A stretch of 64,000 bases of DNA, taken from NCBI GenBank assembly GCA_030704615.1, contig CM060732.1, forward strand, positions 64,294,001 to 64,358,000, in the 5' to 3' direction. The notes under the pieces were generated by a model that was not told the origin of the DNA, ran no database searches, and was given only the letters and a program-made list of their open reading frames with translations. Position numbers and translations under genes: made by a program. Of the stretch, positions 55,946 through 64,000 are shown piece by piece. The first letter of the stretch is position 1, and each line of letters opens with the position of its first letter. This stretch comes from Takakia lepidozioides (Eukaryota > Plantae > Bryophyta).

Positions 55946-57033
55946 GTAATTAGAAATTACATATACAATACATTGTCCTCATTGTCAGTCCGAATTTTTG
56001 GTTATTTTTTATGATACATGTATTTCTCTCTAGTTCAAGGTAAAACAAATGGGGAAAATGACATGGTGTTGAAATCAGAATTCATGTTATCTTCCTGTCA
56101 TTTGATTTATCTATGTAATAGTTTGTACATAGATCTCTACTGCATTTCATAGATCCCTTTACCTAAATGCAAGTTTGACATGCACTTCGGTACTATCAAA
56201 TTTCATCATTAGTAAGATCAACCCTTATGAGTATTGTGGCATGTTATGTACACATAGGGTGACTATCTTTATCTCATTAGTGTTTCATTTCTTTAGTGTT
56301 TCAAGCCTGAATGGGTAGTGTAGTGGTATGAACTAGGCTTGATACCCGATAGGTTGTGGGTTCTATCTCTGATGGACATTATGTTTTTGTAAAATAAAAT
56401 GTTTCAGAAGATAGATATATAGATACTGCAAAACCTATGTAACAAGATTAAAGGGTGGTGGTTTGGTAAGGATTATGTTTTTAAGTTATGAGATTGCGGG
56501 TTCGATTACCAATCATTAGTCTTTTTTGTAAAATTGAATTCCCTTGCGGGCCATCGCCATTTACTACCCAAATGCGCAGGCGGACCATCTCCATCACATT
56601 GTCAAGCTCCCTAGCATTCCCTGAGCATTGCTCCATTCTGAACTTCAAACTAGACTCCCACCAGTGGAAGAGCCCGTATCTTCACCATTTGTATCTAACA
56701 AGGAGCCGTGCCTCGTCACTTTTTAATTTTTCGACCTTTTTTCTCATGTTGGAAAGCCATAAAAGCAACATGTTCCTCTCCCATTCCTACACTCACCCAT
56801 GTGGAATAATAATACAATGAATATGGAATATTCTATGTAGAATATTCATATTCCATCCTTTGATATTTTGACTATGGACCCTGAGATTAGATGAATCACA
56901 AATTTTATTTTATTTTTTGGGTACCCGTATTTAAGTGTTGTGCATATAAAATTGTTCCTATGCATATCTAAAATTTGTATGCACGCATACATTCCTCCAT
57001 ATGCATGCATTTGTGTGCGCATATAGTATAGGC

Positions 57034-57939
57034 TACCTCGCCAATTTGATGCTCCAGTCGAGGTACTCACGGACCAGGGGAGAGAGTTCTTGGGGGAGTT
57101 TCAGGCTTTGTGTGAGCAAGCCTTGATAGATCACTGCACTACTTCTCGGGATCATCCCGAGGTTGATGGATTGGCAGAGAGGGTTGTACAAACAGTCAAG
57201 CGAGGCTTGCGCAAGTATGGCTTGCAGAAGGGACACTTAGGAGATTGGGACCTTCAACTACCTTGGTTGGTCATGGGCTACAGGTTTTGCAAACAAGCAT
57301 CACTTGCCTCGTTCTCGCCTTATTTCCTTATCTTTGGCCAAGAGCCAGATTTGCCTGCATCTATTCGCAGGGAGAATGCATGTAGTTCTCAACCTTGATG
57401 ATCCGGATGTGTGGACACAAGCATGTGCCCAGCGGGCAGAGTTGTTCAAAAGAGTCATGCCTATGGCTTTTGAGAACCCTGCTATTGCCCAACACCGAGA
57501 CACGTTGAGGTACGCCACTATATGTGGAGGGGGATATCGGCCAGGTGTTCGGCGTTTCCACCTTGGGGACTATGTGTATCTGCAGCAGATAGCGCCTACG
57601 ACTTTTGATGTCACAGTAGGGCGTGTGATTCTAAGGGTCCGGGAGGTGTTGCTTTCAGGAGTATTGATTCTAGAGGGTCGAGATGGCATGGTATGGAAGG
57701 ACCATGTGCGCAATTGTGTGCCATGTCACCTTCCACATGTGGATGGGAGGATAGATCCCAACCTTGCAGTGGTACCTGCAGGGTTGCGTTGCATGCTATG
57801 TGGGCATGCTGGTGGTGTCGCGACCATGTTGGTGTGTGATAAATGCTCAAGGGGGTGGCACATGGGATGCTTGACACCGCCACTTGAGGAGGTTCCTAGT
57901 GGAGAATGGTTGTGTCCACGATGCCTTGGACATAGGTAG
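57034..57939 (+). mobile_element. Ty3/gypsy integrase C-terminal half ending in a PHD finger
   Basis: EVLTDQGREF...HPEVDGLAERVVQTVK...SPYFLIFG, then C4HC3 CMLC...LVCDKCSRGWHMGCLTPPL...WLCPRC. Confidence 0.9.
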
Positions 57940-58196
57940 TGGACATGACAATGGTGGAATTGACAAGTGATCCAAGGTCTAGTTGATGGGAGCTCAACGC
58001 CATGGATACTTAATTGAAGATCATGGATTGCATGAATGCGAGTAACGATGGGGCTACTTTTGCACCTGACCTCTTGATCTATTGACTTTAGATACTGGGA
58101 CATGTGCGATTGAAGACCAAACGATGATTTTATTGAGATGGATACTTGTCAGCTATCCGGTGTTAGAGGGACGTAATCACCAGCTAGGGGGGCGAT

Positions 58197-58740
58197 TATG
58201 GCATAGCTTTCTAGGATTGTGTGCTTAGAATGTATGGTGGACAACGATGTATGTTGTGGCATGATGCTTAGGTGCACGACAGCTGTCATGCTTTTAGTCA
58301 TGGTTAACTAGAATTACATACTTTTAGTTAACTATGACATTTTGGATATTTTTATTTTTATTTTGTGTGTTGGGACTTCATTTGGTCTCACATGCCAAGT
58401 GAGGTGTCAAACCTCACTTGGGACATGGGGATGGGTTTTCCCTTTGTGAGTGTTGAGGAGGGCTCATCTTCTTGTAGTTGAGCCTCCATGAGCCTCTCCC
58501 ACCTCCATAGCTCTAGGTATTGAGAAGGAGTGTGGTGAGGGCTTTGTAGGGTGGATTCCTTTAGCAAAGGTGCCCTTGGCTTGACTTAGTTTATGTGAAT
58601 AAGTGGATTCATGAGTGAAGTGTTTCCATTGTGTGTTCACTTCCATTATTACTATTGTGGCATAGCTTTCTAGGATTGTGTGCTTAGAATGTATGGTGGA
58701 CAGCGATGTATGGTGTGACATGATGCTTAGGTGCACGACA
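58197..58740 (+). repeat. Probable 3' LTR of the PHD-integrase element, with its first ~85 bp repeated at 58656-58740
   Basis: Preceded by a purine tract AGGGGGG at about 58186-58192. tggcatagctttctaggattgtgtgc...gtgcacgaca occurs twice. Confidence 0.6.
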
Positions 58741-61700
58741 CGACCTTCAACATCACGCCGACGCTCTCGAGACGATGGGCCACCAATGCAATGCGTACTT
58801 TCTCGTTTGGACCCCGGACGACGACAAGTGAAGCCTAACCAACATTGCAGAGTCTTCAGCTCCAGATGCAAGAGCTTCGTGCCTCTACTGCCCAACTACA
58901 AGCTGATCAGTCTCAAGACCTTGGCAATGCTCTCAACAATTTGCAACAATAAATTTCAGAGTTGAAGGAATCAAACAATGGATCTTCAACCTTACGAGTC
59001 CCTACTACAACAAATCCTACTGCAACAGTTCCTCCAAATCTTCAACAGATTACAAGGGAACCAAAGGTCAGCATGCCCGAGAAATTTGATGGGACGAGAT
59101 CAAGATTTCGCAGTTTTGTTCAACAAGTACGATTGTTCCTACGACTACATCCACAACGCTACTCTGATGAAGGTATTCAAGTGGGATTCGTGGGCACCCT
59201 TCTATCAGGCACTGCCCTATCTTGGTTTGCACCGCTATTAAAGAAAAATTCGCATTTACTATACAATTTTGAAGCGTTCATGTCTGAGTTCACTGCAACG
59301 TTTGGAGAGAATGATAGAAAGAGAGTTGCAGAGACAAAGATGCAAAATCTTCGACAAGGAGCACGTCCAGCTTCCGTTTATGTTGCCGAATTTTGATAAC
59401 TTGCGTGCGACCTAGAATGGAATGAGAAAAGCCTCATTAGTCAGTTTCGATGTGGCCTAAAAGATGATGTTAAAGATTTGTTGCTGACAATGCCAAACGT
59501 GAGTACATTGAGCGAATTCATCACCCAAGTCATTGCATGCGATAATCGTTTGTTCGAAAGACGTCAAGAGAAGCGATCTGGATGGTCGACGACGCACCAT
59601 GCCGCTGCTACTACGGCACCAAATACAACGATCCATCAGACATCTGGCAATGATCCTATGCAGATTGATGCTGTCCGATTCAAGCCATTGACGCCACATG
59701 AAAAACAAAGACGGCGCTCAAATGGATTATGCCTTTATTGCGGAGAAAATGATCACATGACATTAAACTGCCCCAACAAGAGAAGATTCAAAGCTCGGGG
59801 CACCACTCAAGTGTTCGATACGAGGAGGTCGAAAAACGAAGATGTCCAGTCACAGTAGGGACCATGCGGCTGGACACCCCAAATTCCTCATCAAAAAAAG
59901 GTTTCTTTCTACCTCTAGACCCTGTATCTTGTTTCACAGTTCCAGTAAAGATCAGGATGCAAAATCGAGATATCTCCGTAGAAGCACTTTTGGACTCGGG
60001 CGCTTCAGCGTGTTTTATTGACAAAGACTTTGCGAAGCAACACAATTTAACGCTCGTAAGAAAGAAATTCTCGGCCCCTGTTGAAGTCATCGATGGACGA
60101 CCGTTAGCATCAGGAAATGTTGACCATGAAACTCGACCCCTTGAAGTGAAGCTTAAAAATCAAGCATCACAGATTGTTTTCAATGTCATCCAGTCTCCAA
60201 CGAATCCTGTGATCCTTGGACTTCCCTGGTTTGTACTTCATAATCCTGACATCGACTGGCGATTACGAAAAATTTCGGCAAGACAAAAATGCAAAAGTAC
60301 CAAAGGTATTCAACCCCTGTTTCTTGGAGCTAGAGCCTTCATGAGAGCTACGAAGAAAGACGCGACATTTGCACTTTATACGACTCCGATCAAAACCACA
60401 ACAGACCAAGGTACTTCGACATTACCCACTCAATATCAAGATTTCAAGGATGTATTTGAGAAGAAAAATGCAGACATGTTGCCAGAACATCGACCTTGTG
60501 ATTGTGCAATTGAGTTGCAAGAAAGAGCTCAACCACCATTCAGCCCGATCTACAATTTATCTCAGACGGAGCTGGCTGTTTTACGCGAATACATTTGATG
60601 AAAAGTTGTCAAAGAATTTCATTCAATATTCAAAATCATCCGCGGGAGCACTTATCTTATTTGTGAAAAAGAAGGACGGATCGTTACGCATGTGTGTGGA
60701 CTATCGTGGGTTCAACAAAGTCACTATAAAAAATCGTTACCTACTACCGCTGATTTCCGGACTCTTCGAACAACTTGGACGAGCAAATTTTTTCACAAAG
60801 ATCGACTTGAGATGAGCTTACAACCTTGTACGAATAAAAGAAGGAAATGAATGGAAGACTGCTTTTCGCACAAGGTATGGACATTTCGAATACAGTGTTA
60901 TGTCTTTCGGTCTTACAAATGCTCCAGCAATTTTTCAACACATGATGAATGACATCTTTCGAGAATTTTTAGATGACTTTGTAGTCATCTATTTAGACGA
61001 CATTTTGATATTTTCACAGAATGAAGAAGAACATGGTCGTCATGTACGCCTTGTCCTTGATAAATTGAGGGAAAAATGACTATATGTCAAGTTGGAAAAA
61101 TGTCTTTTTCACCAATCTGAAGTCGAATTTTTGGGCTACATTATTTCCGACAAAGGAGTCTTTATGGATCAGAAGAAAATACAAACCATCATCGAGTGGA
61201 TTAAATCAACTTCGGTCCGAGATGTACAATGTTTTCTAGGATTTGCAAATTTCTATAGAATCTTCATCCAGAACTACTCCAAAATTGTTGCACCAATGAC
61301 ACGACTCACATGGAAGGACAAATTTGTATGGGACGAGAAGGCTGACCAAGCATTTGAAAGACTGAAGCAGGCATTTACAACGGCTCCAATACTGGTACAT
61401 GCAGACCCATCTAAACCATTCTTCTTAGAAGCAGATGCATTAGACTTTGCACTTGACGCGGTATTCTCTCAATACGATACAGATGACCGACTTCACCCTG
61501 TTGGTTTTCGTTCTCGCAAATTTTCCGCTGCGGATATCAATTATGAAATCCATGACAAAGAACTTTTAGCGATTATCGATGCTTTTGAGGAGTGACGTCA
61601 TCTATTGGAGTGAGCTAAACATCAGGTCACTGTCTATACCGATCACAAAAACCTCGAGTATTTTATGAGTGTTCGTATTTTGAATCGACGTCAATCAAGA

Positions 61701-64000
61701 TGGAGTATGTCACTAGCAAAGTTTGATTTTGTTATTACCTACCGTCCCGGACATCTTCAAGGAAAACCAGATGCTCTTTCTCGAATTGAATGGACCACGA
61801 CATCGACCTTACGGCCTTCTTCAACCATTACCCATTCCCAAGGGTCCATGGTCGTCCGTGTCTATGGACTTTATTACAGACCTTCCAATCTCCAAGACCA
61901 CCGATTCAATCCTTGTTATTGTAGATTGTCTTACGAAGATGACACATTTCATTCCATGTAATAAGACGGTTACCGGCGAGGAAACTGAAAGACTCTTCCT
62001 CAATAATATCTACAGCATTCATGGACTCCCGAAGGACATCGTATCTGATCGAGGACCATAGTTCATATCAAATTTCTGGAGGGGATTATTTCACATATTG
62101 GATACTAAGATCAACCTTTCTACAGCTAATCATCCACAGACTGATGGTCAAACCGAACGTGTAAACCAGATTTTGGAACAGTATCTTCGCTGTACGATAA
62201 ATTATCACCAAGATAATTGGACGGACCTTCTGTTATTGACTGAGTTTGCCTACAACAACACTATACATTCTTCGACCCAGCAAACTCCATTTTTCTCCAA
62301 TTATGGTCATCATCCTCGACCAAACCCTTTCCACATGAAGACTGTTGGAAGCCCTGATGCAGAAAACCTTGCTACTCATCTTGCTACGATTCACATGGAG
62401 TTTACATTCCACCTTGCAGAAGCTCAAAAACAATACAAGGAGTATGCAGATCAACGTCGTCAACTCCAACCCCAGTTCAAGGTCGGAGATCGTGTGTGGC
62501 TTTTTCGACGGGACATACAAACCTCGCGACCATCAATGAAGTTGGATTATCAACGTCTCTGGGCCTATTCAAAATTATTCGACAAATAAATCCGGTCAGT
62601 TTTCGGCTTGAACTCCCACGAAGTATGCACATCTATCAAGTCTTTCATGTTTCATTATTGGAGTTGTATCATTCATCGAATATTCCAGGGAGAGTCTCCG
62701 TACCACCTCCACCAATCGAAGTCAATCAGGAAATTGAGTATGAAGTCGACGAAGTCCTAGACTCTCGCATCAAGTATAAATATCTTGAGTATTTCGTACA
62801 TTGGAAAGGCTACGACATCAACGAACGAACATGGGAACCTTCATCCAACCTCGCCAATGCATCTGACAAAGTCCAAGAGTTTCATCAACGATATCCAGCT
62901 CAACCCCGAGCTACACGTCAATAAGACGTCACAACGATGATGTCAGCCAAGTTAGCTTCAAGGTGAAGACTCCACATTCAATGTACCTGATACACGCTAA
63001 GGAGGGAAGAGCACCACACATCAGTATATATAGCTACACTTCCAACACTCTTGCATCTTGTATTGGCAGTATGGTGTCACAGGAACTAGATACATTGGAG
63101 TTGTCGCTTATCTAGCTACCAGATCAGTCGTTCCGACTCTCACGACCTTCAACATCACGCCGACGCTCTCGAGACGATGGGCCACCAATGCATCGCCGTA
63201 CGACGGCAAATGGATCCTACTCGAAGTCTGATAATTCTGTTGGAGGTTGAGGCTTCGGACCCAGAGGGCAACGAAATCATGTTTGAAGGCAGCGTCGAAA
63301 ATCAGAATACTCAAATCACTACGTGGTCCCAAGTTCAAGGTGTTGGACACTATCGATGGTTATAGGGACCTATAAATCATTTGAGTCAAGAACGAAGACC
63401 CGAATACTTGGCAAATACCATTCGCCGGATTTTGGATTTTCTCCAACTCTAAGCAAGTCCAAGATTTTACCGCTCCTCGAGGAACTCGACACTAGAGGAG
63501 GGGGTGATGTCACGAGCATAACCCTGAGGAACTTACCAGGAGTAAATACCAGAAGTTATCAAGTTACCATGACTTACCGATATTTACCATGATCTATCAT
63601 AATTTACCATTACTTACCAGATTACCGGGAGTTTACCAAATTACCAAGAGTAACTTGGGAAACTACTCAGGAAGCTTCCTTTGGCAAAAACCCACCAATG
63701 CGACACGTACTTTCTCGTCTGGATCACGTACGACGGCAAGTGGAGCCTACTCGAAGTCTGATAATTATGTTGGAGGTTGAGGCTTCGGACCCAGAGGGCA
63801 ACGAAATCATGTTTGAAGTCAGCTTCGAAAATCAGAATGCTCAAATCACTGCGTGATCCCAAGTTCAAGGTGTTGGATACTATCGATGGTTGCAGGGACC
63901 TATAAATCATTTGAATCAAGAACGAAGAGCCGAATACTTGGCAAGTACCATTCGTCAGATTTTGGATTTTCTCCAACTAGGAACTTACCAGGAGTAAATA
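58741..64000 (+). mobile_element. 5'-truncated, decayed Ty3/gypsy chromovirus (Tcn1-like by impression); 3' LTR starts at 63508 and runs off the window
   Basis: gag PEKFDGTRS...DPMQID...CLYCGENDHMTLNC, protease LLDSGASACFID, RT YLDD, RNase H, integrase core (the zinc-binding part is deleted near 61785), chromodomain YEVDEVLDSR...WKGY...TWEP, PPT AGAGGAGGGGG followed by TGTCAC. Confidence 0.93.

Noticed and set aside
56310-56515. Functional tRNA genes
   Set aside because: Only A/B-box-like traces; acceptor and anticodon stems do not pair well.
60813-61613. Three TGA codons at conserved Gly positions of pol (60813, 61077, 61611), suggesting recoding
   Set aside because: The same element has frameshifts, a deletion and other stops, so ordinary decay explains them.

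Overview
Eukaryotic nuclear DNA from a land plant, most likely a non-seed plant such as a bryophyte. This is inferred from GT-AG introns, moss-like PPR-DYW sequences and the retrotransposon types, and is not verified. Four host genes have complete exon structures: a chloroplast alkenal/one oxidoreductase (AOR), RPL3, a RimJ/RimL-type GNAT acetyltransferase head-to-head with RPL3, and a membrane RING-H2 E3 ligase. They sit among many gene relics (PPR/DYW, SMG8, LPEAT, two more AOR copies, BAH-PHD, RbcX) and mobile DNA (one complete Ty3/gypsy chromovirus with TSD, one 5'-truncated chromovirus, a PHD-finger integrase remnant, LINE remnants). Three candidates stand out. (1) An intron-containing, now broken gene fuses a ParB/Srx-like domain to a beta-class DNA amino-methyltransferase; it has an array of CGCCGGCG palindromes in its putative first intron and lies divergent to a transposon-like ORF. 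(2) Two tandem, co-varying three-way-junction RNA structures lie in a predicted RPL3 3'-UTR intron, with splice sites placed so that they could switch NMD. (3) An uninterrupted mini-maturase ORF (RT0-RT2 plus domain X, no RT3-7) carries a presequence-like N-terminus. All family calls come from recalled motifs; no database search was run.
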